From NCBI GenBank assembly GCA_963806855.1, contig CAWDYW010000001.1:64001-128000 (forward strand): a stretch of 64,000 nt of DNA, given 5' to 3'. Positions 1 through 10,387 of the stretch are shown here, in pieces. How positions within the stretch are numbered: the first letter of the stretch is position 1; every line of letters starts with the position of its first letter. This DNA is from an uncultured Verrucomicrobiae bacterium (GTDB taxonomy: Bacteria; Chlamydiota; Chlamydiia; Chlamydiales; Rhabdochlamydiaceae). The position numbers and the translations under genes are program-made. Below the pieces are notes generated by a model. It saw only the letters and a list, made by a program, of their open reading frames with translations, was not told the DNA's origin and did no database searches.

Positions 1-674
1 TTGCCAATCATCGCCCCCGACTCTGCGACAAAATGGGTGAGCGCCACCAAGTCTTTAAAATAGGGGGCGTCGACCGATGGCCAAGTCTGCCTTTCTTCCG
101 CAGTCAAAATGAAGACCGGCTCCAAACCTTGGCCGCGCAATTTTTCGCCTAAGCTTAAGAATTGCTTTTGAGTCCAGTTTTTCCCCGCCCGCGAACTGGT
201 TGGATGAATGATGACACGCTCTGGATATTTCCTCTTTTCAATGTGGGGAGGTAATTCGATCCCGTTTGTCCGGACAGCGGCTCCGAGGATGCGGTGACAA
301 TAGTTAACCAGATTATCGACAAATGGCAGATTCCCATCGAAGCGCCCCTGCTCCCAAAATGGATAATCGCAATTCGGCGTCGCAATCGGATTGAGCACCG
401 TCGTTTTCTCCGGAAAATGGGTGAGGGCATAGTCGATCAAAGTGAGCATCCACTCTTTTTTCTCATAGATGAAAAATAGACGGTCGTAGTGGCTTAGGAA
501 TTCTATTCCCTGAGCCCGCGGCAAAAGGGAGAGGTTCGGGAAGAGAGGCGCCATCTGCGGCAATAAAGGATGGAAAGTGTCGACCTGGTGCCCAGAGCGG
601 ACTAGGTTGTTTGAGAGGACCGCGGCGATGAGCCCATCACCTAAGCCAATGCACGGAAACACTGCACATTTCAT
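1..674 (-). CDS. Glycosyltransferase family 9 (heptosyltransferase-like); 3' end runs off the window
   Basis: Manual translation from ATG at 674: MKCAVFPCIGLGDGLI...VIIHPTSSRAGKNW...ESGAMIG. The GLGD, HP-x-S-x4-K-x-W and IG(NDSG) motifs are typical of GT9. Absent from the ORF track because there is no stop in the window. Confidence 0.8.
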   Translation of the reverse strand, partial: MKCAVFPCIGLGDGLIAAVLSNNLVRSGHQVDTFHPLLPQMAPLFPNLSLLPRAQGIEFLSHYDRLFFIYEKKEWMLTLIDYALTHFPEKTTVLNPIATPNCDYPFWEQGRFDGNLPFVDNLVNYCHRILGAAVRTNGIELPPHIEKRKYPERVIIHPTSSRAGKNWTQKQFLSLGEKLRGQGLEPVFILTAEERQTWPSVDAPYFKDLVALTHFVAESGAMIG

Positions 675-718
675 AATTGTAAAGCGGCTTTACTTGAATA
701 GTATAGGGGAGGGACAAA

Positions 719-773
719 TTAAACGCAAAGGTGCAAAGACGCAAAAAAAATTATTCTTTTTTTGTCTTTTGCT
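719..773. repeat. Degenerate REP-like hairpin built from ~8-bp CGCAAAG units
   Basis: TTAAACGCAAAGGTGCAAAGACGCAAAA...TTTTGTCTTTTGC; related copy at 21870-21933. Confidence 0.5.
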
Positions 774-1803
774 CATTCTCAGGATGGAAGACTCTAATGA
801 CTGTAGTCGATAGGTTAAAAAGTGTAGTCCGTTTTTGTTTATCATCTAATATTGCAAGTAATCTCGAACAGAAAAGGTTGATTTGCGCAGTAGATTTCTC
901 TCTGAGAACAAATCGTAATATTTCTGCTGTATAATCGGCCCAAGAATCAAAGGTATCTCTAACTAACAAATTGGTGAGTTTATTGTTACTGAACTCGCTG
1001 GTACCCATTTTGAATAGGAGTCTTTCGAGAAACAAACCAATAGTTTTCCCTTCTTTGGGAATCGGGTTAACGTAAGTTTCATCTTTCATGAGATCAAGAT
1101 GAGGAAGATCAACATCCAATTGAGACAATAGCCTAACCCACAAGTCATTAAACTGCGTTTTGCAATTATGAACCTCCTTATAAAGTTTACGAAATTCTCT
1201 CACCTTTTCAGGATAAGTGTGCTCTACCTTTTTCCATTCGCCATCATCCAAGATACGCATCACGCAACCTTCAGCATCATCCGTTTCTCCCATGCTTGCT
1301 TTACTTTCAATTGAGAAAAGGTTCGGAGATAAAAGGCATTGTATGAAAATATAATCAACTTCACCGATCCATGTTTTGCGCAGCTTATAACATTCCCCTG
1401 GGTTGCCACGATAAGGAGAATAGATTTTTGGGTTGGCCTTACAATCTTTTGCAATCATGTCGACCAATTTTCCCGCCGTGATGGGATCATCGTGTATCGA
1501 GTCAATGATCTTCATGATGACCGAAAAGGGAGCTTCCTCAAATGTCTTGCGAAAATTGTCTTCTGTGACGAAGGCACTGAGATCTGCTGATGCAGCTACA
1601 GCCTCTTTCCTCCAAATGAGTGAGGCGAGCAATGAAAAGGATTTGCGGACGATAAAAGAGGTGAAGACCCAGAGCACCCATCCACCCGTCTTTCCGACTG
1701 AAATGAGCACATCCACATTGGTCCTCTGCCGAGGCGGGGGAGCTGCTGAGGTATTTGGCGTTGGGGTAACCGTATTGGCTGAAGCTATTTTTTGTATTTC
1801 CAT
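751..1803 (-). CDS. Hypothetical protein, 350 aa, candidate secreted effector
   Basis: Long AT-richer ORF with AGGAGG RBS; Thr/Pro/Ala-rich N-terminus followed by one hydrophobic segment; no family recognised. Confidence 0.75.
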   Translation of the reverse strand: MEIQKIASANTVTPTPNTSAAPPPRQRTNVDVLISVGKTGGWVLWVFTSFIVRKSFSLLASLIWRKEAVAASADLSAFVTEDNFRKTFEEAPFSVIMKIIDSIHDDPITAGKLVDMIAKDCKANPKIYSPYRGNPGECYKLRKTWIGEVDYIFIQCLLSPNLFSIESKASMGETDDAEGCVMRILDDGEWKKVEHTYPEKVREFRKLYKEVHNCKTQFNDLWVRLLSQLDVDLPHLDLMKDETYVNPIPKEGKTIGLFLERLLFKMGTSEFSNNKLTNLLVRDTFDSWADYTAEILRFVLREKSTAQINLFCSRLLAILDDKQKRTTLFNLSTTVIRVFHPENEQKTKKE

Positions 1804-1847
1804 CTTTGCCTCCTAGAAAAGGAAGAAAAGATTTTACTGCTTAATGA

Positions 1848-2657
1848 TCATTTTTTGAAATAAGAATCGTGCAGCAGCTTCCACCTTAAGGAATGCTGCT
1901 TCTTCAAAAATTTCTCAAGCTTCTTCTTAGGCAAAAAGGCAAATTGGAAAATTTCCCGATCGGTCAAACAGATCGCTGCGGCCCACTGTTTCTTTGGATT
2001 TTTTAGGTAGCCTTTCATCCGCTTCAGAGCCACTGCAAGTGTCAGATGCAATAAAGAGAGGCGAACGAGTAGAAGAGCAAAAAAGATAAAGGGCACATAA
2101 GCCCAGAATGGGGAGATTTCAGGATGAAACAGACGGGCCACCTCAATTCCAAAGGGAATCAAAAGGAGAATGATGAAGAGGTATGCTTCCCAGGGGCGTT
2201 GAAAAATGGGGCCGAAGATTCTCCTCCAGCTATGGGGCGAGGTTTTATAGGCAAAGAACTCTTCGAAAATGGGCTCGTCAAACTGCATCCGGGCCGCGTG
2301 GACCGCTTCGTGGGCGAGCACCTCCTCCCGTCGGTAAAGCTTGTGGAGTGAGCCGGTCTCAAATTTTTCTTTTAGCTGAATCACCGGAATGCGCAGATCA
2401 TTGCGGGTCGAAATCCAAGTGGCTGCCCCTTGGAAAAAAGAGAGGCGGGCATTGCTATAATAGGCGACGATCCAATCGGGGGAAAAACCAAAGAGGCTCC
2501 CTGTTGTTTCGCGGGCGGCAACCCAATCCCCATCGGTCAGGTAGCGATCGATATCCTCGGGGGGATAAGAAAAAAATTGATTGAGCGCCTTGGTTCGGGC
2601 AAAAAATTGCTTTTCTTCCTCTTTAGGACCTGGGATCAAACCCTTCTCGATGAACAT
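1848..2657 (-). CDS. Conserved chlamydial membrane protein with HExxH motif
   Basis: LAHEAVHAAR motif, two C-terminal TM segments, divergent from topA. Confidence 0.75.
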   Translation of the reverse strand: MFIEKGLIPGPKEEEKQFFARTKALNQFFSYPPEDIDRYLTDGDWVAARETTGSLFGFSPDWIVAYYSNARLSFFQGAATWISTRNDLRIPVIQLKEKFETGSLHKLYRREEVLAHEAVHAARMQFDEPIFEEFFAYKTSPHSWRRIFGPIFQRPWEAYLFIILLLIPFGIEVARLFHPEISPFWAYVPFIFFALLLVRLSLLHLTLAVALKRMKGYLKNPKKQWAAAICLTDREIFQFAFLPKKKLEKFLKKQHSLRWKLLHDSYFKK

Positions 2658-2725
2658 GAGTTTTATCCTAACAGAAAATATTTTTTTCTTTCATAAAATG
2701 ATCAAAAATGCCAAAACTATCTGGC

Positions 2726-5303
2726 ATGGCAAAGAAGCTCATCATTGTCGAGTCACCGACAAAAATTAAAACTTTGCAAAAATTTCTCGGCTCTGGCTAC
2801 ACCTTTGCCTCTTCGATCGGCCATATCCGCGATCTGCCGCAAAAAGGATTTGGGATCGATGTCGAAAATGACTTCGAACCCGAATATGCGACCCTCCCTG
2901 ATAAAAAAGAAGTGATCGAGAAGCTCAAAAAGGCTGCGAAAGAGGCCGATGTAGTCTATCCTCTCTCCCGATCCTGATCGGGAAGGGGAGGCGATTGCCT
3001 GGCACATTGCAGCCATTCTGCCAAAAGGGACCAAATTCAAACGGGTCACCTTTCAATGCTATTCACCAAAGACGTAGTCACTGAAGCTCTCAAACACCCA
3101 AGCGGAGATCGACCAAGCGCTCGTCGACGCGCAGCAGGCCCGCCGTCTTCTCGACAGGATCGTCGGTTATAAAATTTCTCCCATTCTCACTCGACGTGTG
3201 CAAGGGGCCCGCGATGGAGGTCTTTCAGCTGGTCGAGTGCAATCGGTTGCGCTCAAACTGGTCGTCGATCGGGAAAAAGAGATCAAGGCATTTGTCCCCG
3301 TCGAGTATTGGAATATCGGAACAGATGCTGCAGACGAAAAAAGAGGAGCCCCCTTTCTTAGCCTCCCTCTACTAGTGTCGACAGTCTTCGAGTTGAAAAA
3401 GTCGAAGTCGAAGGGAAAAAAGGGTACACGATCCCAAATAAAACGACAGCCGATGAGATCGTCACCCGCTTGAAAAAAGCCAGCTACAAAATCGACTCGA
3501 TCGATAAGAAAGAGAAAAAGCGGTAATGCCATCCCCCCTTTCATCACCTCGACACTGCAACAAGAAGCCAGCCGTCATTACGGTTTTTCCGCAGCTCGTA
3601 CGATGAATATCGCCCAAGGCCTCTACGAAGGGATCGATTTAGGCAAAGAGGGAGCTGAAGGACTGATCACCTACATGCGTACCGATTCTGTCCGTGTCGA
3701 CATGGAAGCGATCAATGCGGCCCGCGGCTTCATCAAAAAAACATTCGGCCAAGACTATCTGCCTGAAAAACCCAATTTCTACGCCACCAAAAAAAGCACC
3801 CAGGATGCGCACGAAGCGATTCGTCCAACCAACTTAAGCCACCCGCCTGAATCGATTAAAAACTACCTCACCCTCGATCAATACAAACTCTATCTGCTCA
3901 TCTGGCGCCGCTTCATCGCCTCGCAAATGACCCCCGCCATTTACGACACTATCTCATGCGACATCGAAACAGATCAAAAAATTGTGCTGCGCGCCACCGG
4001 CTCGACCATCAAATTTTCAGGCTTCCTCGCCGTTTACGAAGAGAAATTTGACCAAACTGAGACCGAAGAGGGGGAAAAAGAAGAGCAAGATAAACTGCTC
4101 CCCTTCCTCACAGTTGGACAATCGCTCACCCTCAAAAAGGTGACGAGCGAACAGGCCTTCACCCGCCCCCCTCCTCGCTTTACCGAGGCATCGCTTGTCA
4201 AAGAGCTCGAAAAACTCGGCATCGGCCGCCCATCGACTTATGCGGCGATCATGAACAAGATCCAGAGCCGCGACTACACCACCAAAGAGAAAGGGACCCT
4301 CATCCCCACCGAACTTGGAATGGTGATCGCCCAGATGCTCGATACCAGCTTCCAAATGATCATGGATATTGGCTTTACCGCCGCGATGGAAGATGAACTC
4401 GAGCGAGTTGCTGAAAACCAAAAGAATTGGAAAGAGCTGATCCGGGAGTTCTGGGCCCATTTTATCCCTTCGGTCGAAGCTGCTGAAAAAGAGGCCTTCG
4501 TCCCCAAAGAGACCACCGATATCGACTGCCCCAAGTGCGGCAAAAAACTGCAAAAAATTTGGTCGCGCCGCAAGTATTTTTACGGCTGCAGCGGTTATCC
4601 CGAGTGTGACTTCACTGCCCCGATCGAGGCCCTCACCTTCAACAAAGAAGACTACGCACCCAATTTCGATTGGGAACAAAAGTGCTCAAAGTGTGGCAGC
4701 GACATGCAGCTGCGCTTCGGGAAATTTGGCCCCTTCCTCGGCTGCAGCAAATATCCCGACTGCAACGGAATCGTCAATATCCCCAAAAAGGATGAGCCCC
4801 CTGCCGAAGAGATGCCCACCTGTCCCGCCCAAGGTTGCGATGGCCGGATGGTCTCCCGCCGCTCCCGCTTTGGCAAAGTCTTTTTCTCCTGCTCCAATTT
4901 CCCCGATTGCGATGTGATCGTCAACGATCTCGACAAACTCGACGAGAAGTATCCTGACCATCCCAAAACAGCCTACATCAAGAAAAAAGGGGCCAAGAAA
5001 AAGGGCGCAGCTAAAAAAGGTGCTAAGGTTGCAGCTAAAAAGGGGAAAAAGAAAGCCGCGACAAAGAAATCAGGCCAACCCAAAAAAACCCTCTCCAAAG
5101 ATCTGGCAGCCGTTACCGGCGAGACCGAGCTCTCCCGTCCCGAAGTCGTAAAAAAGATGTGGGAATATATCAAAAAGCACGATCTGCAAGATCCGAAAAA
5201 CAAGCGGATTATCAACCCCGATGCCAAACTGGCCAAAGTGATCGGCAAAAAACCGGTCGACATGATGAAATTATCCGGGCTCCTCGGCGAGCACCTATCT
5301 TAA
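2726..5303 (+). CDS. topA: DNA topoisomerase I with Zn-ribbons, Lys-rich linker and SWIB domain; several apparent +1 frameshifts in 2955-3530
   Basis: [60 protein letters not shown] ribbons, [21 protein letters not shown] (SWIB). The frame is restored by removing single extra bases. Confidence 0.95.
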
Positions 5304-5373
5304 AGATTGAATTTTAAGTTATGAAGGATCACTCTTCGACAAGGCATTAACGCCTTTACCAATGGAGAATATA

Positions 5374-5604
5374 ATGAAAAAATTAGTTCTGTTTGTATGC
5401 GTTCTTTCAACAAGTTTCCTCATGGCAGGAGATGGTTGCGGATGTGGCAAGAAAAAGCCAGCACCTAAGCATGAGTCGGATAATGATTCTACTTGTGTCA
5501 GCAATCCAGTACACCCAACTCCAGCAGAGCAACCTGCTCCCGCTGTAACTCCAACAGCAACAGAAATTACTGCAACTGCAGTTACACCTGCTACAGAGTC
5601 TTAA
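5374..5604 (+). CDS. Small exported protein with GCGCG motif and Pro/Ala/Thr-rich tail
   Basis: GGAG RBS; MKKLVLFVCVLSTSFLMA signal peptide; PAVTPTATEITATAVTPAT low-complexity tail. Confidence 0.7.
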   Translation: MKKLVLFVCVLSTSFLMAGDGCGCGKKKPAPKHESDNDSTCVSNPVHPTPAEQPAPAVTPTATEITATAVTPATES

Positions 5605-6643
5605 AAAACTCTGCAATCTCGTGCTTAAAGCGCTCTTTCGAGAACCTCTGAGCATGGGATTGAATGAATTTAGGATCAAATTCAAATCTCTCAAAACGAT
5701 CGATCGCATCCATTAAACTAGAGAGCGTCTGCTCAGAGAAGAAAAGCCCTGTCACTCCATCCTTAACCGTCTCTAAGGCTCCACCTCGGCCATACGCAAT
5801 CACAGGAACACCAGCTGCCTGCGCCTCTACCACTGCAATGCCAAAATCCTCTTCGGCTGCAAATAGAAACGCTTTCGCCTTGGAAATAATGTCGCGCAAT
5901 TGTTCGTGGGGTAGATGGCCCAGAAATTCAATATTTGGAGTTGCGATTGCCTTGAGTTTTTTCATTTCAGGCCCATCGCCGACAATGAGGAGTTTTTTTT
6001 GCGGAAAAGCTCGAATGAGTAGGTCGACCCTTTTATAGGGAACGAGTCTGCTGCAGGTGACAAAATAGTCTTCCCGCTTTGCTGAAGGAGCAAATAGATG
6101 AGTATCGACAGGAGGATAAATGACCGTTGCATCCCGTTCATAATTTTTTTTGATCCGCTCAGCGACAAACTGGGAATTGGCGATGAAATGAGTAACGGAC
6201 GCAGCTGTTTTCCGATCCCACTGACGCAACTTTTTCAAAATGGGCGCCGCAGCGAATCTCTTCAAGGGATGAAGCGTTTTTAAATGGAAATCTGATTCAT
6301 CCCAAGCGTAGCGCATTGGAGTGTGGCAATAACAAATGTGTTTCTGTCCGGGACGGATCTTCACTGCTTTGGCGACAGAATGAGATGATGAGAGGATCAG
6401 ATCATACTCGGCAAGATCAAAACTCCGAATCGCCAGAGGAAAGAGGGGCAAAAGGTCGGGGTAATAGCGGCGTACATAGGGGAAAAGCTGCAAAAATGTT
6501 GTCTCAACTTGCCGATCCGCGAAGATTTTCTTATTCCAGATCAGAGTATGAATCGGCCCATCGAAGAGCTCGCACAGGGCCGCAAGTACTTTTTCCGCTC
6601 CTCCAATCCCAACCAACCAATCATGCACCAGCGCGGTTTTCAT
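5591..6643 (-). CDS. Glycosyltransferase family 4 (WbaZ-like mannosyltransferase)
   Basis: ALVHDWLVGIGGAEKVL, CYCHTPMRYAW, EEDFGIAVVEAQAAG (Ex7E motif). Confidence 0.92.
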   Translation of the reverse strand: MKTALVHDWLVGIGGAEKVLAALCELFDGPIHTLIWNKKIFADRQVETTFLQLFPYVRRYYPDLLPLFPLAIRSFDLAEYDLILSSSHSVAKAVKIRPGQKHICYCHTPMRYAWDESDFHLKTLHPLKRFAAAPILKKLRQWDRKTAASVTHFIANSQFVAERIKKNYERDATVIYPPVDTHLFAPSAKREDYFVTCSRLVPYKRVDLLIRAFPQKKLLIVGDGPEMKKLKAIATPNIEFLGHLPHEQLRDIISKAKAFLFAAEEDFGIAVVEAQAAGVPVIAYGRGGALETVKDGVTGLFFSEQTLSSLMDAIDRFERFEFDPKFIQSHAQRFSKERFKHEIAEFFKTL

Positions 6644-7850
6644 CACCCCTTCCTTGTAGATAAGTAAAAAGGGCGATCATGGGGATCAGCCAGTACTGGT
6701 AATAGAGCAGGTTGTTGAACTGGCTAGTGAAAAAAATAGAGATCGCAAGGTAAACGTAAAGCCAAGAAAAAAGGGGGTGAGGACGGCTTTTAAAAGCGCG
6801 AATGGACCAAAGGAGTCCACATAGCAAAAAGATCAGGCAAGGGATGAGGCCAAAATTGACCAAAGTGGAGAGGCTCGAGGAGTCGAGAGAAAGGATGGCG
6901 GTCTCGTTTTGGAGCAAAAGCGAGAGGTAATTATAGCCGGTACCAAAAAAGGGATAATGCCAGAAAATGGTTAACCCTTGTTGAAAGGTAAAGAGGCGCG
7001 CTAAGGCGGAAGGATCCTCCCCGACATGTAAAAGGCGGTTGAAAAAGTAGAGACATTCCTTGGAATAGACGATGAGCATTCCAACGAGCAGTGCAATAAA
7101 CAGTAGATGGCTCCACTGGATCGATTTTTGTCTAATTGACTGCACAATCCCCATCATCATCAAAAGCAACATACAGGTAGCGATTCCACTTCGGGAAAAG
7201 GTGACTAGGATGCTGCACAGAAAAAGAAAAAACAAAATTTGATGCCCCATCCGCTTTTCTTTTAGTGTCCAAATTAAAATGAGCGGAATGCAGGCGATCG
7301 CGCTGTAGTAGTTGGGATCGAAAAAAGTTGAAATAAAGCGACGTTGATGGGGATCGCCAAAAAAGCGAATTCCATAATTTTGAAGCAACTGGAAGAACAG
7401 ATGGGCCCTTGGGAAAAATATAAAGATCGCAATCCCCAAAAACAAAATCACCGTGAAGAGTTTGATTAAATAGGCCATACACTGATCGCAGTTGTCGCCA
7501 AATTTCTTTTTCAGAACATCGCCTAAGGCCACACCGGTTCCAATCATCGCGATCAACTTAAAGCTATAAAGAACACTGGCTAAATCGAGCCCATGCAAGA
7601 GCGTTCCATACATCGAAGAAGTGAGAATAGCGACAGCGAGCAACTGGCTTTTGCGTAACTTTGAAAAATAGAGCGGCAGCGCCAATGTGTACAGTGCCAC
7701 TTCAACCACCGACAAATGACTGGGAAAGGGATAGAGAGGAAAAAGTCGAAAAAAATTCCCGCCGATTAAAAATAGCGCAAAACAAAAGAGGAGCAAATTG
7801 GAATAAATTAAGCGTTGCTTTCCGACGTGAAAAAGAACTATATGTGACAT
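6621..7850 (-). CDS. O-antigen ligase/polymerase (Wzy_C/WaaL-like) membrane protein; start approximate
   Basis: About 10-12 TM segments; RFISTFFDPNYYS, TFSRSG, SALAR, PFFGTGY motifs. Confidence 0.82.
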   Translation of the reverse strand: MSHIVLFHVGKQRLIYSNLLLFCFALFLIGGNFFRLFPLYPFPSHLSVVEVALYTLALPLYFSKLRKSQLLAVAILTSSMYGTLLHGLDLASVLYSFKLIAMIGTGVALGDVLKKKFGDNCDQCMAYLIKLFTVILFLGIAIFIFFPRAHLFFQLLQNYGIRFFGDPHQRRFISTFFDPNYYSAIACIPLILIWTLKEKRMGHQILFFLFLCSILVTFSRSGIATCMLLLMMMGIVQSIRQKSIQWSHLLFIALLVGMLIVYSKECLYFFNRLLHVGEDPSALARLFTFQQGLTIFWHYPFFGTGYNYLSLLLQNETAILSLDSSSLSTLVNFGLIPCLIFLLCGLLWSIRAFKSRPHPLFSWLYVYLAISIFFTSQFNNLLYYQYWLIPMIALFTYLQGRGDENRAGA

Positions 7851-7884
7851 ATCACGCAGTCTAGCGAAGAGAGCATTTTTTCCG

Positions 7885-8838
7885 ATGAAAATTATTGTAT
7901 TAGCCGGCGGCAGTGGAAAGCGATTATGGCCCTTAGAGCATCCTCCCAAACAATTTTCCTATTTTATCGGTGCTGAGACTCTATTTCAAAAAACGTTGCG
8001 ACGCTTTCTCAAGGCCTATCCCCCGGAAGACTTTGTCATTGTCACAGGAGCCCCTTTTTTGCACTTAGCGCAAGCTCAAGCAAAAGAGGTGCATGAGTCT
8101 CTGGAAAATCGAATCATCGCAGAAAATGAGGCTAGAAACACCGCTCCAGCGATTTTGTATGCGCTTGAGTGGCTACAGCAGCGTGGAGAATTAACGGAAA
8201 CTTTCTTAGTTACCCCATCTGATCATCTCGTCGCTCCAGAATCCGAATTTTTAAATAAACTGCCCCTAGGTGAGTCTGCAGGTTCTCACGTCCTCTTTGG
8301 AATTTTTCCCACCCATCCCCACACAGGTTACGGTTATATCGTGTGCGAGCCGACCCAAGATCTATCACCTGTTTACCGTTTTGTCGAAAAACCTCCTCTC
8401 GAGCTCGCTCAAACCCTATTGGAGAATGGAAATTGTCTTTGGAATATGGGCGTTTTCATCTTCCAAACCAAACCATTTTTGGAGCAAATACAGACCTCAG
8501 AACCGCTGTCGATCGACTACGCTCTCTTAGAATCCTCTCAAAACCTCAAAGTGATTCCGCTCCATCTCTCCTGGTCCGATGTGGGCTCTTGGGATAGTGT
8601 CTATGAGGTTTTTCACAAAGATGAGGATCGAAATGTGCTCATCGGCGATGTATCAACAATAAATAGCAAAAATTGCCTCATTCGGGGCCGGGTAAGGCCG
8701 ATTGCAGCAATCGATCTGGAAGATTTGATCATTGTCGATGGAGAAGAGGGTCTACTCATTGCAAAGCGTGGCTCTGCTGAAAAAGTCCGCAACTTTCAAA
8801 AACCTGCAGATGTTTTTCAGCAGCCTGGCGCCAAGTAA
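7885..8838 (+). CDS. manC: Mannose-1-phosphate guanylyltransferase (no cupin domain)
   Basis: LAGGSGKRLWPL, PKQF, RNTAPA, PSDH, TGYGYI, FVEKP, SIDYA, WSDVGSW. Confidence 0.9.
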   Translation: MKIIVLAGGSGKRLWPLEHPPKQFSYFIGAETLFQKTLRRFLKAYPPEDFVIVTGAPFLHLAQAQAKEVHESLENRIIAENEARNTAPAILYALEWLQQRGELTETFLVTPSDHLVAPESEFLNKLPLGESAGSHVLFGIFPTHPHTGYGYIVCEPTQDLSPVYRFVEKPPLELAQTLLENGNCLWNMGVFIFQTKPFLEQIQTSEPLSIDYALLESSQNLKVIPLHLSWSDVGSWDSVYEVFHKDEDRNVLIGDVSTINSKNCLIRGRVRPIAAIDLEDLIIVDGEEGLLIAKRGSAEKVRNFQKPADVFQQPGAK

Positions 8839-9670
8839 ACGAGGGCCGCTCTTTTTTTCCCGCTCTAATCAATTCTTCGCGAACTTTCGGCAATTGTTTT
8901 ATTTGCTCGCAAAGCTGCTCTTTACTGCGCGGATCAAAATAGAGAGCCGCATCGCCACACGCCTCCGGGATGCTCGCCGCATTTGAAGCGATAACGGGAC
9001 AGCCCAAATGCATCGCCTCTAGTGGAGGAAGCCCCCACCCTTCGTAAAGAGAGGGGAAGAGTAGAGCTTCTGCATTGAGGTAAAGCCAGACTAATTCTCC
9101 TGCAGAGACCGGATTAGAGGGGCCCACTTCGACTAAATAAATTCCGGCTTCAATCAATAGTTTTCTGTTTTTGTGTGGTTTGCCATTGCCTACATAGAGA
9201 AAAAATCGATCGGGCACTCCGGCAACCGGCACCGGGACCACATCGGAGAAATGGTCGCAGCCCGAATGGATTACGGTGATTTTTTCGGCGCTTTCGGGGA
9301 AATGATGGATCAGCCTTGCTCGAGAAAAATGGGAAACGGTAATCAGCCGATCGGCCTTGGCAATCGCCTGTCGCAAAACCGTTTTGAGATAAAGTCTCTT
9401 TGCCAAGGTCTGCGGATGATCGAGGTGGAAAAGGTCGTGAATCGTCACGACTCGGGCTGCTGCTCTGATAGGCAAAAGGGGCGCATTGAAATGGGGGGCC
9501 CAGTAGAGATCGGAGGCAGGGATCTTCAGAGGCAATTCGAATTGCTCTCGGATTGAATAGATGGGCGAGGAGATCTCGATCTGGTTGACAGTCAAATAGG
9601 GCAGCAGCTGGGAGATATACGTCCCAATGCCCCCCATGTTTTTCATCCGCGTGTCTACTACGATCTTCAT
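8756..9670 (-). CDS. Glycosyltransferase family 4
   Basis: GGIGTY, VVTIHDL, YVGNGKPHKN, FPSLYEGWGLPPLEAM. Confidence 0.92.
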   Translation of the reverse strand: MKIVVDTRMKNMGGIGTYISQLLPYLTVNQIEISSPIYSIREQFELPLKIPASDLYWAPHFNAPLLPIRAAARVVTIHDLFHLDHPQTLAKRLYLKTVLRQAIAKADRLITVSHFSRARLIHHFPESAEKITVIHSGCDHFSDVVPVPVAGVPDRFFLYVGNGKPHKNRKLLIEAGIYLVEVGPSNPVSAGELVWLYLNAEALLFPSLYEGWGLPPLEAMHLGCPVIASNAASIPEACGDAALYFDPRSKEQLCEQIKQLPKVREELIRAGKKERPSFTWRQAAEKHLQVFESCGLFQQSHALQ

Positions 9671-10387
9671 ATTTGTAAAGCCGCTTTACTATCCGATATG
9701 ATCATTCCTTTCTCCATGGTCAGCACCCTTGAGCATAGTGAATTCACCATCTCTATCTGATGACTGACGAAAATCACTGTTCGTCCCTCTTTGGCGATCG
9801 TTTCCATTTTCTTCAAACATTTCATTTGAAATTCTTGATCTCCGACCGCCAGGATCTCATCGACAATTAATATTTCATTCCGCAAATAGGCCATCACTGA
9901 AAAAGCAAGGCGTAAAAACATCCCATTGGAATAGCGCTTTACCGGCACATCCAAGAACTCTTCCACCCCTGAAAAGGAGATAATCTCGTCGAAATGGCTC
10001 TTCACCTCTCGCCGATTCATCCCCAAGATTGCCCCAGCGAGAAAAATATTTTCGCGGCCGGTCAAATCGATATGAAAGCCTGTCCCCACTTCGAGCAGCG
10101 CCCCAACGCGGCCACACAGTTCGATTCTCCCTGTCGTGGGCCAAGTGACCCGGGCGAGGAGTTTGAGCAGCGTGCTTTTGCCCGAGCCATTGGGACCGAT
10201 AATCCCTACCGTCTCTCCCGCCTCGATCTCCAAGTCGATTTCTCTCAGGGCCCAAAATTCCTCGCGGCTTAAGCGGGCTCCCTTCAGCATGCTGCATCAG
10301 ATCGTCGCTCAATTGTCGATTGGAAAATTCCTGGACCTTTTCGATCTGATATTTTTTCCCGAGATTGATCGTTCGTATCGCTTTCAT
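9667..10387 (-). CDS. wzt: Polysaccharide ABC exporter ATP-binding subunit, one apparent frameshift near 10293
   Basis: MKAIRTINLGKKY joins FWALREID, GPNGSGKST, YSNGMFLRLAF, ILIVDE after removing one base; start overlaps the wzm stop. Confidence 0.88.
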
